Shown here: piece by piece, positions 12,010 through 24,444 of the stretch | Layout of the letters: each line of letters starts with the position of its first letter | Position numbering within the stretch: position 1 is the first letter of the stretch | Assembly (NCBI GenBank): GCA_051942205.1 | Contig: JAVECO010000010.1 | Coordinates: 62,001 to 126,000 of the forward strand | Direction: 5' to 3' | Source: Coniocarpon cinnabarinum | Taxonomy: Eukaryota | DNA length: 64,000 bases | Position numbers and translations under genes: made by a program | Notes under the pieces: generated by a model | The model's database searches: none | Told to the model about the DNA's origin: nothing | Seen by the model: only the letters and a program-made list of their open reading frames with translations

Positions 12010-13160
12010 GTCTGCGATGCTGTTCTGGTGGTCAACTTGGACGCTCTGCCAGGAAGACAGCACTCACTCTTACAGATCAAGGCTCGAACTGTTTTAGACG
12101 ATCTAAATGGCTATAACAATAGCCAAAATTTGAAGGGCGTTGGTGGGTGCAGAAATCCTTTAGCACATCTGCCGTGTTCGATGTTGAAGTTGTAGCAGCA
12201 AAGTGAGCTACTCGCATACGGTGCGACTGTCAGCCTTTACTTGCAATAAGCGAGCTTACAGGTGTCACTTTGCTGAGACACTCAACTCGACGCACTCATC
12301 CATGACGTGGCGCTCGCAGAATGCTCCGAATTCGCCCAAGCGTTTCGCCCGTCTTGGACCTAACGAGCGCTGCGTTCCTGTGCTCTCGGCTCGCTTTCTG
12401 ACAACTTGATGATGGTCAGGTTCCTCGAGGCGATTGGACAATCGGTGAGATGAGTGTGGAGGTCTCGGACAGCACCTGCAAGATCGTCTTGAGCAGTTTG
12501 TGCCGCTCTGTACGCCCTCGATCTTGGAAACTGTGAGAGAAGGTAGGCCGCCATTTAACATGCGCAGCTACGTGAAAGTCAGCTCGCAAACTGCGGCGCA
12601 CGACCAAAGCCTTCCTTGCTGCCGTTAGGAGACAAATCCCCGAGAGGCATTCGTTTCCCTTCAAATCATGAGACGTCCCGCTCGACCGCCCCACATAGAA
12701 ACCATCCAACGTTCGACGCAGCAGCACTGGACAGGTGACAGCTTGGGGCTTCACGGCATTCTCCCACGTCTCATGTTTCGTAATGAAAGTCTACAGTTTG
12801 AAGTGGACCGAGATGTGGCCAAATGTCATTCACTTCGCTTCTTTGCCCTACTTCGGTCATGTCAACTCCTATACACGTTGCGACCACGTATCAGAAGAAC
12901 ATTGAAAGCTGTGCTCACTGCCTGCCACTATTCTTTCCAGCGTTCTGGTGGCAGCTTTCCATGTGTCTCATGGATTTCAACATGCTCGTGCCTGGTTTTC
13001 TTGTCACTCATCGCATTCTACGCCTATCTTGCCATCGTCCCTTTCTTGAAATTTAGCAGCTGCATGTGAAAGACCCTTGCATTCCATAAGCTCCCGCCTT
13101 GGTAAGTAAGCCGGCACCAGGAAAACGTTTGTACGAGGATCTGGGAGTGCTCCCCATAAG

Positions 13161-14586
13161 ATGAGCCATACAGTGAAGGAAGTCGCGGCCTCCATTATCC
13201 ACGCGGGAGTCAGCTCTCACAAGGAGGCACCCTTGAAATACGCATTTGGCATAGAGACAGAATTTGTCCTCGAACCGAAAGTCCTCAAGACAGGCAAGCT
13301 ACTACATCCACCGCTCAACCATGAGGACGATTATGATCACTACACAACGCACAGTGTTGAACAGTGGGGTCAAACCCTGGTTCACAAATACCACCATTAT
13401 TTGAAAAAGCACCATCCTCAGTATGCCTCTGACCATGTCTCCACAACTATCCCTGGCGCTGTCATGGACATGCAGTCCACGATGACAGACGACTCGAAAG
13501 AATACCTAGAACGCATTCAAAGTGAGGAAAATAAAATATCGTACAGGTATTGGGTGCTTGAGGGTCTGAATGAAAAGGTACCCGAAAACAAACGTATGTT
13601 GTATCAGCCCCTTAGCGTTGCTCTCCACGGCCAGATCCTCTCCTGTGATTCCGATCGAGCGGCGTTATGAACGTGCCGCCGCTCCAGCAACCCGCCCGTG
13701 CCCTTTCGCTGACAGAAGGCGCGAGTCCAGACTGTGTTGAGATTGTCTCTCCGATCCTGCTTCCAAGTCATTTCCGCGCTCGTCTTCATCCTCTCTGGGA
13801 ATTTCTCCCAAAGAACTACTATATCACAGATGAAAATCTCCCTGTTACGACTCACGTTCACCTGGGAACACAGGAGTCTGAATTTCAGCTAGACCAACTC
13901 AAGCTGATATGTGCCGCTGTCATTCATTGGGAACCTGCCTGGGAGGCTGTCCTCCCTTGGAAAAACGATGAGGGTTTTCGTGGTTCTTTAGCAAGAAGCT
14001 TGTACCTAGAGAACCCGAATTTCGCACCCGCTGGTATTACCCGATCTGAAGCAATAAACATGATTGAGAGATGTCGCAGTAAGGAGGAATTTATCGACAA
14101 GATCCATCCTCACTCTAGTAAATTCTGGAATTTCAACTTTGGGCACTGTACTGATAAGGATACTCAAACAATCGAATTTCGTCGGGGTGACATGAGTAAG
14201 TTCTTCTTCTTATGTCTATACACGTATAATTCGCGTTGTTATGCGAGAATGTTTTTTTCACGATGCTGACAACCTGTGGTATACTAGGCACCTCCGAAGA
14301 GCACGCTACGATGTGGACTGCAGTAGCAGTGTCGTTTATGCTTGCGGCACTAAAATGCAAGTCTGTAGAAGAGATTGAAAAAGCTAAAGTAACGGTCTCG
14401 GCATTGGAGCAATTTATGCTAGGCGCACGAGATCATTTCCATGCAACAGAAATTCAGCGACTCTTTGAGGGCAAGCGACACCTTAAGACGGACCGGCCCC
14501 GGCTCTCGAATCCTTCTTTGATGGAGTGGACGGATAAGCAAAAGGAAAATATGATGGAGAAGACGGAACATGATGCCGGAAATTGA
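13161..14586 (+). CDS. Putative amidoligase (COOH-NH2 ligase-type 2) enzyme (~398 aa)
   Basis: FGIETEF, VEIVSPIL, THVHLG and TIEFR motifs in order. Introns 13594-13730 and 14196-14287 restore the frame. Confidence 0.82.
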
Positions 14587-16184
14587 TGGGATAGGACCTC
14601 GCTGGCTCTCAAAATAGAGCATGGACATCATGGCGCTTCATAACTACAAGAAGTTAGCCTACCTCCAGATCTGTAATTTGGTTGAATGATTGAGCTACCG
14701 CCTCAGAAGGCAATCCGGGTTTTGTGCGGAAGAGTTTGGTTCCGGGGAGTGTCAACGTGGTATGTGGTAGACTATACTTGTCATCTATACCAGCTCACTG
14801 ACGAGTGTATGAAGGCAAATATACTCTCAGTTCTGAACGGTCTATAGACCCTACCTCGAGTAAACAAGGAGCTGTTGTGTGTCTGTACCAGGCAGCTCAA
14901 ACTTCGTGCTGCAGGCCAATATAACGTCTCCTGGCAAGGTGTTACGCCAACCAAGTTCATGCGTGCATAGACATGAGCAGGTTTTGAGATTGTAGGACAT
15001 GGCTTTTCCTCAACGGAGCAGTATCCTTGCCTTACGGTTTGTAGAGATGTGCAAAGCTAGCGCTGGCGCCTATGCGCACTGCCGATGTCGTTTGTCGGTA
15101 GGGTAGATGACTGAGCAGCTCACATGGGTCACACCAGTCAAGCTGCATCGCGCATAAGCGCGTGCCGACCCCTGAGCCGCAACATGGCGAACTTGGCAAA
15201 GCTCTGCTGAGTGACGCCAGCTCGCGATACCTGAGTCAAGCGGCACAAAGAATGTAAACGGTGATGATGATATTCACACGGGGGCTTCCAAGGCATATTG
15301 AACAAAGCCAGGACTGACAACTGCATTACGTGCTGCAATGTTGACTCCGCCTCAAGCGCATCGTCTCCCTGATTTTCGGTTTGCAAAAGGCGGCAGTGTT
15401 ACGAGAACCTTGGCGACCAGGCTAGGTGGCAGCATTAGCTGCGCAACATATGACGAGGTCCCGAACGAACGTAGTCGCGGCTCATACGATCCATCGCCTA
15501 GACCTGCATACAAAATCCGATATATGAAACGGCCGCTGGAAGCCGTTCCGGCCGACTCTCTGAGCCGAATTCGTCTGAAATATCCTTTCAGGTATAGTAT
15601 CAAACAAAACTGTTGCACAAAAGCTTCAGCGTTGCTGAAACATTATCTCTACCTTTTCGTTTGTTCTTCCAAAGTCTCTAAAGTCTCTCGATTTTGCAAC
15701 GAATTTGCGGGAGTACTATAGTTCCTTGCTCGCTCGAAGGATATGACTGTTTGAATGAATGTGCAGAGGCCAAATTCTTTCTAATTCACGATGCGACTTC
15801 TCCAAGCTGACTGGCTTGTCCTTACACAAGTGTGTTGCTGGATCGACGTAATAAAGTGTCGATGCTCTCATGCATGTGCAAAGCTCAAGAGAACCATTCC
15901 ATTAAAAGAACAAAACAGAATTCAGGTATAGCAAGAATGACTCTTGATTTTCAGTTTGAAGGAAGGTAATGCGACGGCCTGGCTGAATAGACCTCTGCTG
16001 GAAGCAGTACCCAACATGCTGGTACTCCCGAAAGAGCTTGAAAGTAACATAGACACACGTCATCGCATCATCCAAAGACATAGTGGCCGATGACTACCGA
16101 ACTGAGTGAGACAATAAATCTTTCTCCGCACATCAACGTCAGTCGTGGTGTTCGTCAATGTACGAGCCTCGAGCAAAGTCCAAC

Positions 16185-16583
16185 TCAATTGCCTGCCTGG
16201 TCCATAATCGCCTGAGGAATACACGGCTTAAAGACGGCAATGAGACCATTCTTTTGCTCTTGTGACAGATCATCTCCCCTCGCCTCCAGCTCGACAATCT
16301 TCTTGGCCATATCACGGTGGATCGTCTTTACCTTGGTTTTCAACGCTTCTTGCCCAAGCTCATCTTCTTCAGTATAGTCGTCCATTTCATCTCGCTCCTC
16401 ATCGACCATTTCAGGAGTTTGATGATCTTCGGGCCCAAACTTCTCACGCACGGCAAGGACATTGTCATAGCCTTCGATGTTTCTTCCCAGCTCGTTGTAC
16501 TTTGAGTGGGTTCTCATTATTTCTAGACACTGTTCATGAAACCACTCCCGCTCCTTTTTGTACTCCTGTTCATCCATGGGCAT
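16185..16583 (-). CDS. Orphan acidic helical protein (132 aa)
   Basis: ATG 16583 (MPMDEQEYKKERE...); strongly E/D/K-rich, coding-like composition. Confidence 0.65.
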   Translation of the reverse strand: MPMDEQEYKKEREWFHEQCLEIMRTHSKYNELGRNIEGYDNVLAVREKFGPEDHQTPEMVDEERDEMDDYTEEDELGQEALKTKVKTIHRDMAKKIVELEARGDDLSQEQKNGLIAVFKPCIPQAIMDQAGN

Positions 16584-18210
16584 AGTGAGGTGTTGCTGAC
16601 GTCTTTCGGCACAAGAGCGTAAGTGTCTAGATAATGCGAATACCCACGCGCATTGGAGAGATGTACGTACGGGTATTTGCACTGCGTGGTAGATGTGATC
16701 GTTTGACTAGTAAGTGAAGAAAGCTAACGAAGCGATTCAGCAAGACGCTTTGCAGTGCAAGGCCATAACGACTGACCTTTGAAAGCTATGGTAAGGCTGA
16801 GTGCGTACCTAGGAGTGACTAAGACAGTGAATTGGAAGAGAAAGCGGTGGCTTGTCTAAACATCAACGCATGGGCAGCAGCAGAGCATGTATTTGTATGT
16901 TGCGGGCTCCCAACCTCAGCACGCACACCTACATTGCGGCTCATGCGAGCCATTGCCTGGAAACGCAGCTAAGCGCTTGCGTATGCATGTCGTGGAACCT
17001 AGCAGTGTCAGCGCGATAAGGGGATTGGCTATTGTGAGCATTGTCATTCGTACAGGAGGCGCAGTGGCTTCTTGGTCTGTTGTAGAACCTTGGAATTCCC
17101 ACTGTACGAATGAGTCTACGGCTCACACTGAATTTGGACTGGGTCTGGAGTGGGAGAGCGTGTGATCGCATGTCGTGGAACCCATCAATTCAAGTTGCAA
17201 ACGAGAATTGAGGCTCAGGCGAACCATTGCCTACTCCTGGAGCAGAATGCAGCGTGTTTGCAAGTCGTAGAACGGCCTGACATCAGTACACAAACGAGTC
17301 TGCGGCTCAGGCGAACCATCGCCTACACATGGAGCGAAAGGTGTCGTGTTTGCACGCTGTGTACCTTCTCCACACTGATCTTCGCAATTTTGAGCACGTG
17401 GCGAAGGGTTGCGCAGCAGCTGTGTCTGCTCTGCATGATGCTAGTGACAATAACGAAGCTCATGCTTGGGATATCAGCAGTCATACGAGCGAGCTTGCTC
17501 CACTTCAGGCATCAAAGCGGACAAATACCTACGTGACCATCTGCTCTACTTGACCAGTCAATCCTCACAATCTTGTCACGCAGTGTTTTCATGACATTTT
17601 AGCCTCTGGGGAACTCCGGCCCATGCAGGAAATGGCACGATTGCGAACTGAATCAATACAACAAACGACAGCTGGACCGCAACTCAGCCTCAAGCCAGAG
17701 GTCCACGTGGTGTTTTTAGTGTGCTCACCTGCAACTTCGTCTTGCAATGGGTTGTGCAAAAGGCCTTTCTCGAGGCTCTCGCTCGCCTGTTGCTGCAGGT
17801 TCGCCATCCTAAGGGTAGTACGATGACTCGTCCTCCAGGCGCTGAGCACTTTGAGCTGCTGCAACACTCGTTTGTATGCTGAGCTCTGAGGAACTCTCAA
17901 CATACAAATGGATGGCCTGCCAGGCCATTTTGGCGGCTTTTTTGGAGCAAGCTTCTGCTTCTTCTCCTTCTCGAGGAGTGTAGCAATCCCACTGAAGGTC
18001 CAGTTTCGTTGTATAGCCTGACTCAGCCTGTCAAGGTTAGTCAAGTCATCTCTAGAAAGTCTCTAATGCTGCTAACGTACTACTAGTGTTGAGTCAAACT
18101 GTCGGCCAAGGAAAAATTCGCAGTGAGCACCGAAGTGGGCCTCGTCCGTCGACTCACATTGATCGCAGTGGCTGACGCGATCTGCTAGGATTCGCTGACA
18201 TCGCCTCGAC

Positions 18211-18636
18211 ATGGCCGAAGAAACGACGCAGGCGATGGCCAAGAGACGGCTCCAAGAGGCTGATGCCGAGTACACGAGATTGCAACAAATCATTGAAGAG
18301 TTTGAAAACGAGAAAGCGGAAGGACGAGGGATGTACGAGGCCTTCCAGGACTCGAAGTCACCGGACTCAGCATATACGAAGGAAGAGGCCTTACATGAGA
18401 GAGCACAACTCCGGAAAGACCTCCCAGCTTCCACTGAAAAACAGAAACAGTTGAAGAAAGAGTATGACGAAGGCTTGGAACAATTGAAAACGGAATTGGA
18501 GGCTGTGCAAGAGCACGAGGAATTATTCGACCAACAAGATCACTACCTATGGACCTCGACCTGGAACGGGCTTGCAGATTCTGGTTTAGAGGTGAAGAAA
18601 GTTGCACCGAAAGGCTATCCCGAGCTTCCTGAGTAG
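18211..18636 (+). CDS. Orphan acidic coiled-coil protein (141 aa)
   Basis: E/K/Q-rich heptad-like ORF. Intron-like signals upstream (18036-18086 and 18123-18188) suggest a spliced 5'UTR. Confidence 0.7.
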   Translation: MAEETTQAMAKRRLQEADAEYTRLQQIIEEFENEKAEGRGMYEAFQDSKSPDSAYTKEEALHERAQLRKDLPASTEKQKQLKKEYDEGLEQLKTELEAVQEHEELFDQQDHYLWTSTWNGLADSGLEVKKVAPKGYPELPE

Positions 18637-19908
18637 CCGGCGATGAGCTTGATGGCCTGATTGGTCATTCGACCATCTCGCTGCAGTGGATGATCATTCC
18701 TCTCTGGGATGTTGAGACGACATGCGCCTACTCGCATGGTGTTCGCAAGCATGGGTGCTTCAACTTTCTTTTGTATCGAGGACTATTCAACATAGCCTTC
18801 CAACGATTTCCTTTAGTCACGAATCATTAGCCATACTTTGATGCACCAATAGCGACTTCTTGAAATTTTTGTACCTTGCATGAGGATGATATGACCTCGA
18901 CTTTCACAAAGCAAGAGCTGTTCAATGAGTCCTGTCGATATTCGAGAGATAATCGGGCGTGGCTTCATGCGTCTACTTCGAATTTTGGCCCCGTTGATCA
19001 TGCTTAGGGGAAACCAATATAAGTCGTGACGCGCGTTTAGTTGTTACTGTTCCGCGGCATTGAACATAATGCCTCAGCTCCTTGTTTAGTCTTCAGAAAC
19101 ATCGGAATCAATCGAGCCTTCGTATGAAGTAAGTCTTACTGGCATAGGGAAAGATATACAAGCTGTATCAGATCGACGGATGCATTCTGTTGCCTCACGA
19201 TTCCTCTGAGTGTCAAAAATTGAGGTATTTTGCATCACGTGACTAGTCGATCGTCATTTGAACACGCGAACACGTGATCTATGCGCAGGTCGCAGCTCGA
19301 CAATATGTGGCACCAAGGCTACGCATTTCCTGGCATAGTAGCGTGGCAGGTTCGTCCTCGCTTCCTGCGATACAAGTGTTCGGCTGCCGGCCCGGTGCAC
19401 AAACTGCTGACGAACGCTCTCTGCATTGCGAAGTAGCGGCAGACATGACAGCCTCTTGCAAACCTCGCACGTGCCGCAGAAAGGGCATGGCCATTTCTCG
19501 AGGCTCAGGTTCGACCTCCGAAGATAATACTACCATCAACGCTAGCGCTCTGTTCCTTCCAACAGCCCATCTTTTTCCCAGATTCGCGCTTCGGACGACA
19601 GACAAGTTTCCCTTCGCATTGTTGGTTTCCACACGGCCCAGCATTGCAGATGACCTATACAGTGTGTTAGCGCCCCCTAGTGTTTGCTCACGTCTTAGAG
19701 AGATGCACGGAGTCACAACTAAAACGTTTCTGGTATATCGGCGCTAGAGGAAGAGGAATAGAAAACGCACCACTTCATTGCTGTAGGAGCCATAGCACTT
19801 GTCTCTAACTTTGGCTACATTAATCACTTCGGCCCCCCACATATTCGCATTTGTCAGCTTAAACGAGGATAGTGGCGAAGGGCACCATCAGCGCATATTA
19901 GGAAATAG

Positions 19909-19950
19909 ATCGAGTATCGAGTATCGCCTATTGCCTATCGACTTATCAGT
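19909..19950. repeat. Degenerate 7-mer tandem repeat
   Basis: atcgagt atcgagt atcgcct attgcct atcgact tatcagt, directly abutting the MITE-like element. Confidence 0.55.
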
Positions 19951-20088
19951 CAGTGTGGTCAACGGTTCGGTTATTATTGGTTCGGTTATGGTCAACCATT
20001 AGGATATCGGTTTGGCTGTTGCTCTTATCGGTTTGGTTATAGCGCTACCGAACCGAAACCGAACGCCACCTGACCATGGACCACACTA
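19951..20088. mobile_element. Non-autonomous MITE-like element, hAT-like ends
   Basis: Imperfect TIRs: CAGTGTGGTCAACGGT at left, TAGTGTGGTCCATGGT as the reverse complement of the right end. Subterminal GGTTCGGTT repeats at left are mirrored by ACCGAACCGAAACCGAAC at right. Flanks CTTATCAG/CTTATTAA resemble a decayed 8-bp TSD (left copy offset by 1 nt). Confidence 0.6.
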
Positions 20089-21046
20089 CTTATTAAAGTC
20101 CCGCCGTCGTGTGTGAACGTCATGGAGCAGGAGAAAGATGAATGGCTCGCGACCTACGCAAAGAACTTGAGGAGTAACGAGTAATGCTCATCATTGCTTG
20201 TTGAAGCAAATGTAAAACTTGCCTCTACAGCTCCTTCTATTGCCAATCGAGTCGATTTAAGCCATGCAATCCCCCGAGATGGTTTTCACCACACGGATGA
20301 ACACTTGACCTGAGCTTCACAGCAATAACTCTGCTTTGAGAGAATTCCTGCTGCAGCATAGAAACGTTGTCAACGACGATGAGGTGTGCATGTCCCTGTC
20401 ATCTGCCATGAGGTGCCGGCTTTGTTGCGATTCGTTGCGATTGAGTCTCTTCGTTCTTTTGAGAAGACAGCGTCTCGGACAGGGAAGCATCGGCGTTAGG
20501 ATTGATAATAGTCACATATTTGCTTATTAGTGACATGTGGATCCTGGGTTAGGGCTTTCATTTGTAGTCACACCATCCAATTTATTTTCGTTCGTTGAGT
20601 TGAAAGTCTTAGTAAAGCAATATTTTTCGGGAGGCTTCGCCATGCTGTTTTCATGATACCTATAAGGTGGTGATGCTAATGACGGCCTAGGTTCGCTTTG
20701 GAACATGGGAAGCAAATCGCTAAGTTCAATCAGAACATCTGATTTTGATCAGGAAAATCTCCGACAATGTCTAAATGGAGTGCTCGATTCTTTGACAATC
20801 ATATAACAAAAGACCTGGTCAATGGATGTAACATGTGACGGCGCTCGGAATGATGCATGAAGATCGCGTGATCTACACCGCGACACTTCAGGAGTGACCT
20901 TGGTAAGATTGACGTTTGCGGCAATCCTGCTCCCAAGTGAGAGGTTTTGGCTTGCGACATTTTGCGTACGTAAGAGGTTTATTGTCAGAGGAGATATCAG
21001 TCGACCCGCCATCAACGAGACAAACAGCCCTCGAAGCCTTTCAAAT

Positions 21047-21446
21047 TCAAGGCTTTGTACACGCCGCCCACGGTTGGTTCGACCCATCTTCGAAGACTTT
21101 ACAAACACTGGGCTTGCTGCAAGTGTTCGACAACTGCCAGGTGTTTCCCAAAATTGGCATGTCGAGGCAAGTAAGCTTGATATGTCAGCACTCCCTTTCT
21201 GGTATCGCTCCCACGAGGCCGTCACATGGGTGAGCAGACCCATTTTTCAGGTAAATGTCATAGCTCTCGAAACAAAAGGTAGGAACGGGGCGAACTTACT
21301 ATTTGGGCACCAGCGCAGCACATCTGATATTTGTGGTGGCAACCGTGGCCCTCCTTGGGATGCTTAGGGCATTGATTGCCCTCGGCCTGGATGAGGTTTG
21401 GCGCAAGCACCAAGGCGAATGCAAGAACGGCCGGTGCGGAGCGCAT
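21047..21446 (-). CDS. Small secreted cysteine-rich protein (91 aa, 8 Cys), effector candidate
   Basis: Signal peptide MRSAPAVLAFALVLAPNLIQA. Intron 21176-21299 (GTAAGT...GCTGAC...AAG). Exon 2 reads LTCLDMPILGNTWQLSNTCSKPSVCKVFEDGSNQPWAACTKP*. Confidence 0.85.
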
Positions 21447-23017
21447 GACTTCAATTGTTCAGAAGAGCGATGACAAATTGTTGTGAAGATGCGCTTCGTT
21501 TTGAAGAAGAGAAGATAGATCCTTGATCTTCTGCCCTCAAGACAACAAGAATGGGCAACCTTTGCGAATAGCTTGGAGAGAAGCACAAGTAAATGTTGGA
21601 TGTAGAACGATACTGTAGATCAAGAAATAAATGCAGCATTGAGACTTTTTTTATATATAGCAGAGACCCTGGGTCACCTGGTAGACCAAACGAAGCAAAG
21701 CTTCACCAGCCAGCCTTTTCCAGCATGCGAGTACTGAAGCGTGAGTTGCCAGCGCCGATGCCCTTTCTCGCCGGAGCCGTTGCAAGCCGAGCCCTTGCTT
21801 GCCCAGTCCACGTCCAGACTGCTGTTCGGCAAGGGCACCTTGTCTAAGAGAGTGGCTTCGGCATTACGCGCGGAGGCTGCGGCTGAATGGCACGGTGTCC
21901 AAATCCAGCTCATATGCGTACCTCGAGCGGGTTCTTCTCCTCTTCTTCACTCTGAACGTTTCCAGATTTGGAGTAGACGAGAACGAGACGCGTAATTTGG
22001 AGGACACATTCGGCTATCGGGTAGGCTTTATGGGCCACGGGGGGTCGGGGTCGGCGAGAGAGTACTACAAAGAAGCTCCGCGAAGAAACGGGACCCTGAG
22101 CGCGAAGGAGTTCGGCCGTCACGTGATAAGACGACAGAAGATGCCATAAACGTCTTGAGGGGCGATGTTGGAGAAAGTGAGGGCCTGAGTTTTCAGGCTT
22201 ATCAGCCCCGCCATGCGCATTCCAAATTCCAAGGGGCGAAAGCAGAATTTTTTCTGGGCCACCTTGTCCTTCCATCACACGAGCCACTTGCATCATCGCC
22301 GACACAGCATTGTCTCGTCTTCAGCGTTTGCGGCCTCCGACGGCTCGTGTTCGTGTCTCAAAGTGGTCTCCCTTCCATCGCAGCTCGTATTTTCTCTGTG
22401 ACTTGGTTTTGTTCCAAGCCCTTACACGAATTCAATCTTGCCCTGTATACCTTATCGCACAATCGACTCATCTGGTGTGCAGGACTTTGATGACGACGTC
22501 TGACCTTGACTTCTCGTTTGCAAAGGATTTGCAATCGCGCATCGATCCATGCTAACACTCAACACGAAAGCTTGCTTAGATGTGTCATAGCACGCTTTCG
22601 AACATGTGCATCGAACACTCACCGACACCGCATCGTATACCTTTGTCATATAGATAGTCTAGCACCTGACTTCCCTAGGCCCGGAGAACATCGAGTAATT
22701 ACAAACCTGGGCTGTGTTTTGTGTGCTGCCTTTGACTATGCGGAGTCACAAGTCGGCTTCGCTTTTCTTTGGTGGTCTTGTGGTGCAACTGGGGCGAAAT
22801 TCACAACACGAGGAAACATTCAAGATAAGCTCAGCTGACTACGTGCTTTCGTGTTAATCTAAGCGCTCAGGTGTTCACTTGCAAAAATACCGTGTTCACC
22901 CAGTGTACTGTTTTGTATGTACATTGTGTCGAAAAGATTTTCTGTCTCAGGTCCTGTCTGTACGCAAATTTCAATCCCACCTCATCTCAACAATCCTATT
23001 TTTGAGTCGGTACAAAC

Positions 23018-24444
23018 ATGGCAAGTGACGAAGAGAAAATCCTGCGCGCCCTAGGTGAGCAACAAGTCGAGAGGACTACATTCAAGACTTATAATCTGCA
23101 GGCACCCCGGAGGACATGTTTCCTCGGCAAATAGCAGCCTATCTAGTCGGAGGGGAGGTGAAAGGGCGGTCTCGTCATAAGCCTGATAAAAAGCTCACCG
23201 ACGGCAGGAGATGGACACGTTGGCGTATGGACGATAACTCTGGTAGATTGCGTTGGAAAGCAGAGACACAGGACGCGATTGAGAAGCAGCATGGGAAATA
23301 CCTCAATGATGACCTTCAGAAATTGAGGGAGGAAAGAGAGAAATTAGCAGAGGGAAGGGAAACGGTCATTGTCGACGTAAGAGAGCGAGAAAATGTCCGT
23401 CAAACACACGCGCCACCCCCTCCTCCGCACAACGCTGCATACAATCCTCACGCGTTTGGACACCATTATTATGGTACATATCTACCGCAGGGTGGCAACC
23501 AGCCTTATTATGGGTACCTGCCACAGCAAGGACAGCAGACTTATCCCGGATACCCACAAAATTATGCACAGCAGCACCCTGCCTTTGGAGCTCCCCATGA
23601 GTCACAACACTCTCAGCATCATCCTCAATCCCAAACACAGCCGGCACAGCCAGAGAGTCGTTGGCGTGAAAGGCAGGTCTCCCAGGAACCTTCGAGCCCC
23701 TCTAGCTCCTCCAGCGAAGAAAGCGTACAAGATCGAAAGAAGGCTAGACCGTCAGGACGTGACAGGCAGAGCTTTCGAGAACACCGACACAGAGATCCGC
23801 CTCCAAAGGCAAAACGACGTGCCCCGAAACCGCATAAGGAGTCGCGAGAACGTGAACAAGCACGTTCTAGCAAGAAGGACCCGCGGAGCTTTGACGAGCG
23901 TATGCAAGATTGGGCCGAAGATGTGTATGAGCAATTTGCCGACGCGGCAAAGAGCGGGACCTGCAACAATCCAGCGGGCTGGCATGGCAGTAACGCGGAT
24001 CCCGGTGAAGGCACCAGTACGGCGGGAGCGCAATCCCGCCCCGCCACTGGGCGACGCTGGAGGGATGATCCCGATACGCTCCAGTGCATCGGGCGTGTCA
24101 GCAACGCCATGAGATACATTCTTTTCAAAACCACATCGCACGAAGAAATATCGGCGGAGATACAGTTCTACGCGACAGATGAGTATCTGAGATGGGTGAG
24201 GCGTCAACGACAGCTGGGAAACCGTGATTCTCTCGATGATTTGAAAGCGCAGGTCGCGCATTTCAGGGTTGCGTGGCCTGAGGACATAGACGGACAGCTC
24301 AGGTACTATGCGTCGCAGATGAGAGACGAGGATGAGATTTACGACCACAGGCATGAAATCCTTAATGGTGAGAGGGAGGTGCTCGATTGGGTGCAGCAGG
24401 AAAGGCGCCGACGAGACGCCGAGGAGCCAGGCCGGCGACGCTAG
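23018..24444 (+). CDS. Orphan protein (~459 aa) with a Y/G/Q/P prion-like segment and a charged helical C-terminal region
   Basis: ATG 23018; intron 23055-23101 joins MASDEEKILRALG to TPEDMFPRQ and the long ORF. Confidence 0.8.

Noticed and set aside
12265..12561. Two overlapping minus-strand ORFs that might be a decayed gene
   Set aside because: No recognisable homology or splice support.
17589..18080. 151-aa minus-strand ORF with an apparent intron
   Set aside because: No ATG start. The minus-strand intron signals are the reverse complement of a plus-strand intron (GTTAGT/ACTAAC symmetry), which fits the 18211 gene better.
21047..21446. Hydrophobin call for the 8-Cys protein
   Set aside because: It has only one CC doublet; hydrophobins have two.
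21799..22149. 116-aa ORF with a partly protein-like C-terminus
   Set aside because: Non-ATG start and no recognisable family.
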